From Picochlorum sp. SENEW3 (taxonomy: Eukaryota), in assembly GCA_034226945.1 (NCBI GenBank), contig CP120464.1:682001-746000 (forward strand): a DNA stretch of 64,000 nt. The letters run 5' to 3'. The position numbers were made by a program, and so were the translations under genes. Positions 11,223 through 23,921 of the stretch are shown here, in pieces. The notes under the pieces are model-generated. The model ran no database searches. It was given only the letters and a program-made list of their open reading frames with translations, and was not told the DNA's origin. Positions within the stretch are counted from its first letter, which is position 1; every line of letters starts with the position of its first letter.

Positions 11223-13006
11223 ATGGTGCGTCTTGTTCTGGGGGGGGGGCGACTGGTCTTCTGTCTCGGTTGCAGATTGTCTGACACAAGTTTCCCAACG
11301 AGTCCGGTCCTCACGACGTGATTTTCTTGTAGATTTGGCCTTTTTCAAAATATCCACCGGAGGTGAAGCAGGTGAAACCGAGATTGTACGCTTCCATAGA
11401 TAGAGCGACCAGCGAGAGGCTCTCGTCTCCAAATTTGGCAGCCAACTTGGACGTCATTTCCGTTATCAACACGGCTCTTGACCCAGGGTATGCAAGCGTG
11501 AAGACATGCAAGCGTCTATGTCTACGGATTCGAGGCGGGCAGCAGAATGTGCAGATACTGAGCCTTCATATTGTCTGCCTTGGGGTGAGACACTGTGAAG
11601 AGCCATTCAGGAGAGAACTTGCCAAGAGTGATTTGCTGAAAGAGATGGGCAAGATTGGAGATAGGTCGAAGTGGGCAGCGACTGATATTCAGAGAATGGT
11701 TCTTCACCTGCTCCAGGAGTGGGCCTTTGAGGTGAAGAACCATCCTGACTTTCAGTTCATGTACAATCATCTGAGGTCAAAGAACGCTCCCTTCGAGCCT
11801 CGCGATGGGCCAATGGCCCGCATTTTTGAGCCATATCCAGGTGTGGAGCAACAGTTGATGCAGATGCAGCATGGAAACCAGGAGCCAGAAGCACACGATG
11901 AGGGGGCAGAGCCTCAGACACAACCCTCACAGGCTACTGTGCTCTTGGGTCCGGACCTGTTGAAGCCGGGCAAGTCTACCGACGTTTTACAGTCGGACAT
12001 TGAAGTTGCAAAAGGGACAGTATCTCTGTTACAGGAGGTGATGGAAAAAATCGAGGCTGAGGGAAATTGGGAAGGCATCAAAGAGGAGTATTGTGTTGAA
12101 GTGTCAGATGCATGCGGAGCAGTGCAGAAGCGGATAGAGACCCTTCTGGGATCAGAAAACGTAGATGAATCGATATTTTCAGCAGCATTAGAGGTCAATG
12201 ATATGGCGCAGGCTGCGTTGAAGAAGCGGTCTGAACTGATGGAGATTGCAGATGGCACTCGTGAGGCACCTGAAACTGGAACACAAGAGCAACCTACAGG
12301 AGAAAAGGTGGATGAAGATGTGCCAAAAGAGAAGAAGGAAATTCAGGAAGCTCCGCCTTTGATTGATCTCTTAGATTTGGACTACGAACCACAACCTGCT
12401 GCACCAGCAGATGAAAAGCAGCGTGGGGAGGATCCCTTTGCCCACCTTGAACCATCACACAAGGAGCCTGCAAGCAACCCATTTTCCAGCCGCGAGCAAG
12501 GTGCACAAGAAGACAGCGCACCAAATGCCTTTCTGGAAGATGCAGCATTTGCTCCAGTCATCTCTTCAGGTGGAGATCATTCACAGCAACCTACATCCTC
12601 TGGCAATCCATTTGCTGACGATGTTGAGGTTGCCGTGCCTGCACGTCCTGCACATTTGACCATTCCAAACAATGACCAAATATCTCAACTCGCTCCTCAT
12701 TCTGCCCCTGTGCAGAGCGGCACGAGGGCGAGCGCATTTACATCTGAGGTGATGCCACCTGGCACCAGCCACCCCATGTTTCCCCAGACGTTTGGTCAGA
12801 CTAATGGCAATACTGTACCTCGTCGACACACGACAGATGCATTTGAAGGTTTGGTTAACATGGTTCCAAAGAATGAACCTGCTCCTCCACCCCGCGGTGA
12901 GCCTATGAAAGCAGCAAGCCCCCCCATTCAGTCACCAACAGTTGGAGAGACACAGCAGGATGCATCATGCTTTGATGCTTTTGATAGCATTTCGTCATCA
13001 AAGTAA
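11223..13006 (+). CDS. TOM1-like VHS/GAT domain protein
   Basis: IDRATSERLSSPN...LLQEWA (VHS), GAT-like helices, LIDLLDL clathrin-box-like motif and NPF motifs; ATG-only first exon 11223-11225, intron 11226-11332. Confidence 0.8.
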
Positions 13007-13035
13007 TATGGTATTTATACATTTGTATACAGGAG

Positions 13036-14337
13036 TCATTTTTTGTCAGGATTACCATCGTCTGGGCGACGACTGGTGTCTTCTGCAGCCAGATGTGTCC
13101 ATTTCGACCTGCTGCGTTTCCCAAAATCTCGCACTTGCATGACTTTCGGAAGAGTAGACTTGTCGAACATATCCTCGCCTGTAGGAGCGCTAAAGTCTCG
13201 CTCCTTTATGTCACCGATAAGAGGAGCTTCTTCCCCTTTATATTCAGCCTCTGTCTGGAAGAAGGCTCCCTTGTGATAGTACTTTTGCAGGAAGGACCAA
13301 TTCTTCTTCGTTTCTGCCTTTGATTTGACAGAATCGCGTGCGCGCCGAGCCTTTTCAGCGAGGTATCTTTCTTTCTCTTTGTCAGTCATGTTTCTCCACA
13401 CCTCTTTTTCTCGCACCTCCTCTTCCTGCCGGAGCTTTGCTTCTAGCTCCCGTCGCAGGCGCTCTATCTCTCTGGTCTTCCACTTCTCATAATCCTCCTC
13501 TGGTTCTGCTTCGTCATCCGTTATGATTTCATCAGCCCCCACAGGACCCATCTTTGCCGCTTCCTCTTGGGCTTTTTCTTCGGCAACCTTCTCAGATGCG
13601 ATTTTTCTAGTCTCTTGCACCCGGCGAACTGCCCGAGCTTTTTCCGCTTCCAACCTTTCCAATTCTTCCCTCTCTATCGCCTCTCTCTCTGCAATCGTCT
13701 GTCTATCATCTTTTCTGACAAATACAGGCTTTGCTATCGGAGCAAAATCATCAGACTCCTCCTCGGAAGTGTAGTCATCTGACTCTCCGCTGCTACTTTC
13801 GCTGTCTGACTCCTCCTCTTGTGCTTCTTCTGCTGCTGTTGCTTGCAAACGTTGCTTCAGTGCAGTTCTCCGAGCAAAAATGGCCTCATCGTCATCAGTT
13901 TTCTTCACTCGTGCGACCTCGCGAGGCTCCCGGAGGACTTCTCGCCCTCTGCGCACAATTGCTGGAGCTGTCACCTCCCTCTTCTCTGGTTGCCTCCTCA
14001 GGACACCCTCTCCAGCGGATAACACTTCTGGCAGAGAGACTCGTACATCAGATGTGCCTTTTCTCTTCACTATAACCGGGTTACCTACAAACACATGAAG
14101 AAGCAATGAGACGCTCACATTCCAGGAGTCCTCCAGAGGCATATTCGTACCTTTCAGTGTCCTTCCATCCATCTCCTCTCCCTTTGCCCGGACAAAAGCG
14201 TCCACAGAACCATCATCCACGCCTGGAGCCATCCATTCTGGTACCTTTCCCGGCCGATATCGTTTTACCTTGGCTGTCTCCACCCTGCCTTTCTCCGTCT
14301 CCTTGCTGGCCTCTTGCCAAGCACGTGCCCCTGACAT
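13036..14337 (-). CDS. MFAP1: Microfibrillar-associated protein 1 (spliceosomal)
   Basis: KRYRPGKVPEW, KPVFVRK, YEKWKTREIER, FLQKYYHKGAFF and LPKVMQVRDFG...KWTHL. Confidence 0.93.
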   Translation of the reverse strand: MSGARAWQEASKETEKGRVETAKVKRYRPGKVPEWMAPGVDDGSVDAFVRAKGEEMDGRTLKGTNMPLEDSWNVSVSLLLHVFVGNPVIVKRKGTSDVRVSLPEVLSAGEGVLRRQPEKREVTAPAIVRRGREVLREPREVARVKKTDDDEAIFARRTALKQRLQATAAEEAQEEESDSESSSGESDDYTSEEESDDFAPIAKPVFVRKDDRQTIAEREAIEREELERLEAEKARAVRRVQETRKIASEKVAEEKAQEEAAKMGPVGADEIITDDEAEPEEDYEKWKTREIERLRRELEAKLRQEEEVREKEVWRNMTDKEKERYLAEKARRARDSVKSKAETKKNWSFLQKYYHKGAFFQTEAEYKGEEAPLIGDIKERDFSAPTGEDMFDKSTLPKVMQVRDFGKRSRSKWTHLAAEDTSRRPDDGNPDKK

Positions 14338-14542
14338 CGCCCAACCCTGTGTTTCAATGCATTAAGATGTATATTGAATTAATATAGTCTGACGAGTGTC
14401 TCCTCGTCAAATTCATGGGCAAAAAAAATCTTATTTTTTATTTACGAAACGCATATTTGTATACGTCTTCTCTCTGCAGTGGTATTTCTACTCTGAACAA
14501 GGATAGAAAAATGATGCATACATTCTGCTGACGACTGTTGCT

Positions 14543-15643
14543 GTGATGGAAAGAGGAAGAAGCCTGCAACCTTACACTGGCTGCAACTGCCTTTCCTTTG
14601 CTTTGGATTCCTTCTCCAACAGAAGAAGGATGTTGTATCAGTCGTACATGAAACTTTGTAGAACAGTGGGATCTTTAGGATCTGTAAAGGCGCCTTCGAT
14701 TCCATGGAGGATATATCGGAATAGTCTCAACAGCAGCATGCAGGCCTGTGCCTCGTCGACATCGTACTCCAACCCTACTGTGTATGATATTGCATTTTCA
14801 TTCCGAGACTTTGAGGCAGAGGCGGCATTTTTGATGGAAGCGCATGCATCCGTCCGCCAGGATCCTATGAAGAGTTTCCTAGAGGTTGGGTGTGGCCCAG
14901 CAAGGCATACACTGCTCTTGGCTGAGGCGGGAATTCAGGAGTGTGTGGGCATAGATGCATCGTCTGAGATGATCAACTACGCGAGGGAGACTGCCCAAGC
15001 CATGGGACTCGATGACAAGGTAAAATTTGCCCTGGCTGATATGACAGACCCTGCAGGCTTTCACGCTGCATTGACAGAGAAAGTGGATGGTGCTGCCATC
15101 ATGCTTGGTACATTGAGCCACTGCTTGGACAACGCATCAGCTATTCAAACATTACACAACATTGCCGAATGCGTCAAGGTGGGTGGAGTGCTCGTGGTTG
15201 AACTCGGACATCCAAGAGATATTTTCCAGGGCAGTTTTTGTTCTGATGGATTTGTAGAATGCTGGGAGGTGAGCGAATCGGGAGAGGTTGATTTCGCTGA
15301 GGACGAGAGCGATTCTGAGGATGATGACCAGAATGAGGATCCCTCCCCGGCGAAAGACGAGTTGAGGGTCATGGTGGAATACGGGAGAGAAGGGGATTGC
15401 TTTGATGTAGATCGTCAAATTCTCCACAGAACCGTGGGGATGAGTTTGTTCGACCCAGATGCAACCTTGTTATCGAGCAATGTCGAGACGGTACAGCAAA
15501 GGCAGTTCACCCTGCAAGAGATGGATCTGCTGGCCAAGGCCACTGGTTGGGAAGTGGCAAGCGTGTGGGGAGATTTGAGCTTTGATGTTCCATTAGATGC
15601 TGATGAGGCCTATAGAATGGTTGTTATCCTAAAACGAAATTAA
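14543..15643 (+). CDS. Class I SAM-dependent methyltransferase
   Basis: FLEVGCGPARH, GIDASSEM and VKVGGVLVVE; true start uncertain. Confidence 0.85.
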   Translation: MMERGRSLQPYTGCNCLSFALDSFSNRRRMLYQSYMKLCRTVGSLGSVKAPSIPWRIYRNSLNSSMQACASSTSYSNPTVYDIAFSFRDFEAEAAFLMEAHASVRQDPMKSFLEVGCGPARHTLLLAEAGIQECVGIDASSEMINYARETAQAMGLDDKVKFALADMTDPAGFHAALTEKVDGAAIMLGTLSHCLDNASAIQTLHNIAECVKVGGVLVVELGHPRDIFQGSFCSDGFVECWEVSESGEVDFAEDESDSEDDDQNEDPSPAKDELRVMVEYGREGDCFDVDRQILHRTVGMSLFDPDATLLSSNVETVQQRQFTLQEMDLLAKATGWEVASVWGDLSFDVPLDADEAYRMVVILKRN

Positions 15644-15645
15644 AC

Positions 15646-16521
15646 CTATTTATTATGGGGACGTCCCCTTCCGCCTCGGCCCCTCTTTGCCTGACTCGGG
15701 CGGTAGCGAGAATCAGCAGCATGCCTGGGCCGAAGCGTCAACAATTCACGCTCTAGTACATCACGATCGTGTAACAATGTATCGAATTTTTCTTGCAAAA
15801 TCTGGTACTTCTTCTTCCACTCCATGACTTTATTTTCAGACGCTCGTAGTGATGTTTCTAAAGAATTCGCTTTCGACTCTGCTGAGAGAGATTTGCATTT
15901 GGTCTCTAAAGATCGCACTTGAGCCATCAGGGCCTTTGGACCCTTGGGGTCGTTGGCCACAAACTGCACGCAACAACGCATCTGACTAGAGTACCCCAAA
16001 CAATATTATTCATGTCAAATAACGTACATGCATGGCCCTAATTTCCTCCCGGAGAGCAGCAGCTTCCAGGGATGCCGACTTTGCCAAGGAGGACAGTCTC
16101 TGAAATTCTCTGTTCACCGCTGGCTCTGTCAGCAGTTGCTTCAACTGCAACACATTAGGCTCCGACCCACTCCTGACATCATCTAATTCTTGTCGTAAAA
16201 GCAGATCATTCCGTGTCATGTACGCCTTGTCGACGACCAGGTCCATTAGTTGCCTCCTGAGATTTTCATTCTCTGCCTTGAGAGCGTCCCGCTCCGCGAC
16301 ATTTTTCCTCAACAGCACGACCGCCTCCTCCACCGAGAATGCATCGCCACCAAAAGAATCCCTCACCAATTCTTTGATGACCTCTTCGTACCCACCTCCG
16401 GACGGCTCCTGAAAAACACAAAACATATCAACTCAATCCCACGTGGGGCGACCGAGCGGCACACCGTGGCCATCAACCAAGGACAGCACAATACCTTGTC
16501 AGACATGTCATTCAAATTCAT
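15646..16521 (-). CDS. FIP37: WTAP/FIP37 m6A writer subunit-like (3 exons)
   Basis: QLKQLLTEPAVNREFQRL and QFVANDPKGPKALMAQVRSL resemble plant FIP37/WTAP conserved blocks; coiled coil. Confidence 0.75.
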
Positions 16522-16752
16522 GTGTTACACATTACCCGAAACAATAGTTTTACAGTGCTTTGAGATCTTTAAATCTCAAAACAAAGAACCACTTGCCCGC
16601 ATCCCATCAAATGGCAGCATCGATCGGTCTAGACTGCGAGAGAGGGATCGTCCTGAACAGTGGAGAAGGACAAAAAATCACTCAGGTGGTTCATCAAACA
16701 CGCCACGTGTATGCCAAAACAGATTTTGACAACATTTATTTGTAGTAGTAGT

Positions 16753-17214
16753 ATGCAAACAACTGTCGTAGATGTCCAAGGAAAAGGATCCAATCCCAAA
16801 ACAACCTTGTATGTGGGTGGCTTGGACGAACTCGTGAATAAGGATGTTCTCAAGGCAGCTTTCCTGCCTTTTGGAGACATTATCGATGTAAGCATGCCCC
16901 TTGACCATGCCACAGGCAAGCATCGCGGTTTTGGATTTGTGCAGTACGAGAGTTCGGAGGACGCCGAAGCTGCACTGGACAATATGAACCACGCAGAGCT
17001 CTATGGAAGGACGCTAAAGGTAAACTACTCGCATCCCAATAAAGTAAAGGGGGGAGATAAGGGATGGGCATCGCAGCCTGTGTGGGCAGACGTTGATGAA
17101 TGGCAAGAGAAGATGGTGGCCCAAGAGCAGTTGGAGGAACTTGAGACAGAAGAGAGGAGAAAGGCCGAGCAGAAACAATTAGAAGAATCTTTGCCGTCAA
17201 ATATGCAATCATGA
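16753..17214 (+). CDS. PPIE/CyP33-type RRM protein lacking the cyclophilin domain
   Basis: TLYVGGL...AFLPFGDI...PLD...KHRGFGFV...DNMNHAELYGRTLKVN; QPVWAD. Confidence 0.85.
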   Translation: MQTTVVDVQGKGSNPKTTLYVGGLDELVNKDVLKAAFLPFGDIIDVSMPLDHATGKHRGFGFVQYESSEDAEAALDNMNHAELYGRTLKVNYSHPNKVKGGDKGWASQPVWADVDEWQEKMVAQEQLEELETEERRKAEQKQLEESLPSNMQS

Positions 17215-17261
17215 ATTTGAATGTACGCTGATAGTAGTAGTAGGATAGAATACAACAAGCT

Positions 17262-17937
17262 CTAGCTGGAGACTGGTTCTCCTGCCAAAGTGCGGCGAGG
17301 GAAAATGACGACAGAGGACTCGGATGGCAACCTTCTCATGAATCTCGCCAAGGCGTTGCCGTCAGTATCGATGATCTGCTCCAAATTTTGTGCGTCTGAG
17401 TCTTCTTCTCCCAGCAAAGGGACAGAGAGGTCAGCATGGGTGATGATATCAATGAGCTGCAATCGCTCCAAGACCACCTTGCCTTCTTTATACCTCTCGC
17501 ATGCGTCAAAAGACCGAATATACTTCCACCCAATGTTGTTGTGGCAAATAGAACAAAAGACGTCCTGTACATGATGGCGTCCAGAAGTCATTTGTCTCTC
17601 CTCCACCCTGTCTCCAAAGACAACGTTGACGACACGTTTAAACAAATACGCAGGGCCATTTCTGCCATGAAATCCCTGTACATTTCATTAGACATAGTTT
17701 TGATGCATATAATCGCAAATGTAGTAACAATGCGTTTCGGAAAAACAGTTCCGAAACGTGACATGGCATGTCCGTGCAATGTACCTTTGAGATCAAATCC
17801 GCGGGTGATGCCAGATGAACAATGCTCGTACTTCCTAGAACGGAACAGTGTTGTTTATTGCTTTTGCAGCAGTGTCTGCAAGCATACGCTCGATCAGAAG
17901 TTGTCCGGTCAAGTCGTTCAAGGAAGAGAACTCCCAT
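17262..17937 (-). CDS. Yippee/YPEL family protein (multi-exon)
   Basis: MGVLFLERL...YACRHC, DLISK, RQMTSGRHHVQDVFCSICHNNIGWKY...YKEGK. Confidence 0.88.
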
Positions 17938-18216
17938 GTTATTGACCTTGCATCGAATGGAATCAAACAGAATTAAATGAAATCAACTGAAATCAAGTTG
18001 CAAAAGAAATAAAATGATACCCATAGGATGAAGAATGCCCTACCAAATAGGGGGTAAATCTGCCCTAGGATGAAGCAATACTGCCATGACGGAATCGTAC
18101 GTCTGAAGCAACAAAAAGTGGACGGATATAGAATAAAATGTTAAATTCTGGTAAACAACTGGTATACAAAAAAGATTGGAAAGAACCGCTCCGCACAGTC
18201 ACAGACCAACTGAGAT

Positions 18217-20069
18217 TCATCGCCGAGCAGAAACCTCTGCATGCTGTGCACCGAACGATGAGAACCCGTGTTCAGCGACATCTGGACTCATCCCTAGCAT
18301 GCATGAATTGTCATCCGATGAATCGTCGTAATCATCATCTTCGGTCTCTTCTTGGACAACAACAGCCATGGCTCGCATCCGTGTCGTCATCCTAGTCTTC
18401 TTCTCCCCTGGTTCAACCTTGTCCGAGCCATGTTTGAATTCTTTGTTGCCCCCGAGAACAGAATGTGGATGCCTTGGAGTTGATCCGAACTGTGGCGTTG
18501 TTCCCAATATCATCACATCATCATCCAAGTCGTCATCTGGATCGCTTTCTTCCACAAAGTCTGCTGGAATCTCTAGTGTCTGCCGAATTGAGCCCATGTC
18601 TGTAAATGTATCATAGCCAGATGCAAGAAACTTTTGCGGGAGATCAGCGGACATCTCAACACTGCGCCCAAACGGCATACTTCCAACATTGGCACCTCCA
18701 GACATGTTCATGGACTTTGGCATCCACTCGGGCCCCATCCATCCCCCGCCTTTTGGTGTGAGCCCAGTTGGCTCCCTGGCTGCCTCCCACGGCTCCATAT
18801 CAGACTGGTCTGCGGCAGCTTCCACCAACGGGCCCTCGTCACCTGTGGATCCCCCTGGAATGCACATTGCCTCGGACATGCATATGACACCAGATGTCTT
18901 GTGAATAGCAGCCAGAGGATTGTGTATTAAGGCCTCCTCTGGCACACTAGAGGGATTCAGGAATGAGATGGAACTTGCTGCAACCACATCCTCCTCCTGC
19001 TCCTCTCGACCACGTGATCTTCCATGTCTCTCGCTTGTGTGTCGACGGTCTGTCATTCTCTGCTGTTTCTGCTGGTGGTGCTGGTGCTCCTCTTCTTCGG
19101 GTAGAGGAAAATTGCATTTTGCTTGATTGCCTCGGATAGCTCGGGCGGCTTGGTCGTACGCTTTTGCAGCTTCTTCGGCCGTGTCAAATGTGCCCAGCCA
19201 CCTTCGAGCACCGACAGTTGGATCACGAATTTCAGCAGCCCACTTCCCCCATGGCCTTTGCCGGACCCCCCTATATGTTTTATTCTTTCCTTTAGATACA
19301 ACAACTGGCGGAGGGACGCCAGAAGGTACCATGACTTCCCCATCGTCGGCCTTTGAAGACTTTTGTCCCTGGCCACCATGTTGATGATACACCCCTGGGG
19401 ATGACAAGTTTGAGACAGGCACTGTTGGATGCTGGACGGACGAAGTCCCCCCTGAACGGAGAGCAGTCTGGGGAGAGACATCGTGATTCCCCCCTGTACA
19501 TATGATTCGACATTCTCATCTTGATCCAAGGAGAAACATGGGAAAGTACAGAAACACACCTTGTCTATGTTGATGCGACCTCATGTGATAGTGATGCTGG
19601 TGATTTCCTCCACTCCGAGTGGACACAGAGGGCCTGTTGGAATTTGCCTGTGCCTGCTGTCTCGTGTTATGTGGCACATGGTACTCCTGAGGATTTGAAG
19701 GAATAGCGCGAGCAGGCAATCCTGCCCCTGGCCTCGCTACCACAGAGGGACGCCCTCCCTGAAGATTGGTCGCATCGGTATCGTACACGGATGCACTTTG
19801 TACGTTTATATGGTCTAAATCAGCATTATTATGTCCACCCTGTGTATTCAAGATGCATCCGTTCGTTAAAAAAACAAGGTGGTTGCAGCACATATACCGA
19901 TGCGATGCCGAAGCAAGCAGCAGGCAAAACTGCCTGGCTACCCAGATTTACGATTTGCATGACGGATCAATCACCGATTAAGTTATAGAAAAGTCATATA
20001 GAACGTTCTCTGCCCCGATTACCATGCATAATGTTCGTGAACGGGTGGTGCATGCGACCTTGACGACAT
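18217..20069 (-). CDS. AP2/ERF transcription factor (5' exons approximate)
   Basis: [19 protein letters not shown]...[19 protein letters not shown]; upstream exon ORF 19516-19893. Confidence 0.88.
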
Positions 20070-20529
20070 GACCACGCAACACCGTGTTACACCCTATCCC
20101 TCGGGAAACAAAACGCACCGTTCCACCTCTATTACTTCCTGATTTGCTTCTAGACGCGCGCATTGCGCCTTGGTTGCTAATAATGTGTAAAAAAACGTCG
20201 ACCGGGGTGGTGCGAGAATTTCATGTTGAGGTGCCAGAGTACCATTGCTAGGTTGGCTAAGCACGTTCAGAGAGAGCCTGCGATGGGACGCAACGAACGA
20301 AATAGACAGCACCCCGTTTCTGTCCACCAGGCCCGACCCTTCTTCCTGCTCTCATCGCGATATTACTCGGCGTATTGATTAGACATATGATATTGGTGAA
20401 CCTTCACGGACAGCACGGTCTGCCGAGAACAAAATTGGACCGTACTGGACCCGTGTTATCCTGCTTGAGAAGCGCAAGGGCGCCCAATTTTTCTCTTGCT
20501 CTGTGATTTGGTTTTTGTTTCATTTCTTT

Positions 20530-22227
20530 TTACATCATCATCTCCTTGGGACTAGGCCCGACAATGATTGGCTTCTCAAGATTTGAACAACCCTTCAGAA
20601 CAATCTGTTGCAGGGCAACCTGGCACCTGATTTCCAATGCTTTCAAATTTCCACAGCCGTATGCATCAAAAGTGCAGTTCTCTACCTCTTGAAAAGCCAC
20701 GGCAACTTGTGTCAGCCGGATACATCCTCCCACGTTGAGCGATTCCAATTTCAGATTCCGAAGAAACAGATTAAGACCTTCATCCTGAATTTCCCGGCAT
20801 GCATTCAATGATAAGTGCTTCAACTTTGGGCACTGCAGCTTTTGGATATCAGCACCCAAAATTTGCAATCTGCGGCACTTTGCTGCTTTTAACGAGTTTA
20901 ATGTCGGTGTATTGAGGGAGACAGATCTGAGAGATCTACATCCTGAGAGATTTAGGGAACGGAGTCGCCCTGCATGGATATTCACTTCTTTCAAGTTGCG
21001 ACAATCACTCAGGTTTAATTCTGTGAGACGACATCTGTCATGGACCACAAGGTCTACTGTTTCAATGCTTGAACAGCATTTTGCATTGATACGTCTCAGA
21101 AAAGAACCCGGGCGTGGAGGGGTGAGATGTGTCAACTTTTTGCTATGGGAGACGTCCAGGAAAAGCAAGCCTTGGGGAGCACTGCGACAGCTGATGAATT
21201 CCTCCAATCCTTTGCTTGAAATTTTGGATCCAATAAGATCCAATGTATCCAAGCTTACATACATTTCGTCCAATTCATACTCCGTTCGTCCTGATAAGGC
21301 TCTGTAGCCTGCCAAGATCTGCACATCAGTATCTCCAATGTTTTCACAGTTTTTCAGCGACAGTTGCTTAATATACACCAGCTGATTCAACAGACAGCTT
21401 AACTCGTCTGTACTGAAATCTTTTGAGCCAGAAATGAGCACAGTCTCTATGTCTGTAGGGTCGTCATCTTCCGAGATTGTTGCCCAACGGTCATCCTGTC
21501 CATGCTTGATAGCCTCGTAAAAGTCGAGAGGATCTGAGCTCGCAACCGTGTTATAATCAACCTTCAGTCTATTTGAATTCATAAAGGCTCTTACCATCCC
21601 TCTCACAGCGCCCAACCGTGCGTCTCTAGGGCAGGCAATCTGGGATGCCCAATTTGCCGTCTTTGACCGTTGTAAAAACTCTCTGGATGTTCCGGCAGCC
21701 CTTGCCTTGTCTATCGTGGATAAAAAGCTGAAAACAACATCTTTGCAATCATCAGGAAGGACATCCCATTGAGACTCCCGATCTGGACCACTCGATTCAT
21801 GGCTCTTGGTGAGAATGCCTCTGTGTTGCTCGAGGCTGAGTTCGAGAACGCATTTCTCCAAGTCCCCGTGATTCCTATGTAGCGTCGCTTCTACCATACC
21901 CCGATCCATGTCTCCAAACATTTCTATCAGACCATTCAGGCCCAGTATGCCTGTATCCGCGATGCTACTGGATGCTACAGGATCCTCATTTGATTTTGAC
22001 TCAACCTCGTCCCGCAACCTAAAACCTGCAGCAGTGGCGTTGCCACCCCGAAATCGAGCAGATAGATTCTTCTTCTTCTTTTTCCCCATATCATTATGCT
22101 GAACGGCCTTCAACTCCACTCTCCACATGATGTTTGCAATTCCTGAGGTTTCGAAAACGGTGCTATTCGCAAATTGATCGATCAAAGAGAGGCAGTGACC
22201 GGTCGCTTTGTCCTCCTTGTTGAGCAC
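20530..22227 (-). CDS. F-box/leucine-rich repeat protein with CUE-like N-terminal segment
   Basis: WDVLPDDCKDVVFSFL (F-box); repeated LxLSxCxxL; LIEMFGDMD (CUE-like); start probably internal to the ORF. Confidence 0.8.
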   Translation of the reverse strand: MLNKEDKATGHCLSLIDQFANSTVFETSGIANIMWRVELKAVQHNDMGKKKKKNLSARFRGGNATAAGFRLRDEVESKSNEDPVASSSIADTGILGLNGLIEMFGDMDRGMVEATLHRNHGDLEKCVLELSLEQHRGILTKSHESSGPDRESQWDVLPDDCKDVVFSFLSTIDKARAAGTSREFLQRSKTANWASQIACPRDARLGAVRGMVRAFMNSNRLKVDYNTVASSDPLDFYEAIKHGQDDRWATISEDDDPTDIETVLISGSKDFSTDELSCLLNQLVYIKQLSLKNCENIGDTDVQILAGYRALSGRTEYELDEMYVSLDTLDLIGSKISSKGLEEFISCRSAPQGLLFLDVSHSKKLTHLTPPRPGSFLRRINAKCCSSIETVDLVVHDRCRLTELNLSDCRNLKEVNIHAGRLRSLNLSGCRSLRSVSLNTPTLNSLKAAKCRRLQILGADIQKLQCPKLKHLSLNACREIQDEGLNLFLRNLKLESLNVGGCIRLTQVAVAFQEVENCTFDAYGCGNLKALEIRCQVALQQIVLKGCSNLEKPIIVGPSPKEMMM

Positions 22228-22299
22228 TTACCAGGCCGCTTGGATTCGGGTGAGTGCGATTACAAAAATCGTTAATTTTTTGGGCAGACAATTGTAAGA

Positions 22300-23772
22300 A
22301 TGGGTTTAGGTGTCGGAGCAACCCTGTCGATTGCAGGACTCGTCTTCTTCGGAACGATTACGTCTCTGGCTGCGAAAATAGGTGCGCACCCTACCAATCT
22401 AGGGTTTATTCGGGACCCCAACCACGCTGTACCTATTTAGGTGGTTATCTGATTGTATTTCGTGATCTGATATACAGTATATGATTTGGATGGTGTCGGA
22501 CGGTCAGGCGAGGTCAAAAATTTTGAAAAACCGTGGGCCATGGCGACAGGTGAGCTTCCCCTCTTGTAAACCGTGATGATGCCCTGCCATGCTTAACAAT
22601 GTCATGATGCTGTAGTAATGTTCGCTGGTATGTCATTTTGCCTGCCCTTGGCTTACTACCTTGAACACAAGGAGAAGTCGAGCGAGAAGGAAAGCAGTGG
22701 CGCTGCTGCTGCAGGGGGGAAAGCGTGGATGCTGGTGATTCCCACAGCATTTGATCTCGTCGCTACGGTGCTCATGAATATAGGACTTCTCTCTGTGACT
22801 GCTTCCGTCTATCAGATGATGAGAGGTGCAGAGATGTTATTCGCAGCTTTGTTTGCCGTTGTCTTTCTCAAGCGGAGCCTGAACAAATATCATCACATGG
22901 GCATTGCATGCTGCATCTTCGGTATTGCAATGGTTGGTTCCTCTACCGTCTTGGCTTCCAAGCCCGGAAAAACTCTAAATGGAGGGACAGCAAGCCCCGA
23001 AGAGATACTTTTTGGAATGTTGTTGATTGTCTTGTCCCAGGCTGTCCAAGCAGCTCAGATCACCTTTGAGGATTTCTTCATGGCAGACCTGGCCATTCCT
23101 CCCCTCAAGATTGTGGGCTACGAAGGGGTATTTGGGACAGCGATGATGTTGAGCATCATGCTTCCCCTGGTACAGTTTTTGCCAGGGAAGGACGGCAACG
23201 GAATCCACGAAGACTCTATAGACACCTGGCATTTGATCGTCAACACGCCAGTGATTGCTCGCATTCTCGTTATGGATATGTTTGCTCTTCTTGCATATAA
23301 CATCTCAGGAATGTGTGTCACTGGGCATTTAGGAGCCGTGTTCCGAACGGTGTTGGAGACCACAAGGACATTGTTCGTGTGGCTCGTAGATTTGGTGCTC
23401 TTTTACACACCTTTGGGGCTCGGGAAGCTTGGAGAGAGCTGGTCTAGCAGCTCGTGGATTCAGGCATTTGGTTTTGTTGTCCTCGTCGCTGGAACGATCA
23501 TCTATGGAAGGGGAGATGAAGAAGAAGAAGCTGAAATTGCAGCAGCAGAGGGTGCCTACGAACCAATCCCAGAGGAAGAGGCAATGGTAGCAGAAGGCAT
23601 GCCAATCCGCCCTCAAGCCTCGATGACCCAGCCAATCAGTGTGTCTCAGGCTTCAAGCTTCAAGGCATCCATGACGATCAATGCTTTGTCAGGGTCGCTC
23701 CCGTCCTCCAGTCTCATCAGACATCGTGCTTCACTCATGTCACCACCGCGGCATGTTTCACAGCACGATTAA
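22300..23772 (+). CDS. SLC35F6-like drug/metabolite (nucleotide-sugar) transporter (3 exons)
   Basis: MFAGMSFCL, PTAFDL, ASVYQMMRG, VGYEG and RTVLETTRTLFVW; ~10 TM. Confidence 0.85.
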
Positions 23773-23921
23773 ATCAGCATGCACGTCGCTTTATTACTCG
23801 CTTTTTCTATCTACTTTTCGAATTCTATTTGTAACAGAAGGTCTCCGATAGACCCAGCGCTTTTGAACCCGGTGTCGCAAGCAGAGTTGGACGACGACAA
23901 GGGGTTCGGGCCTGCACGGTG

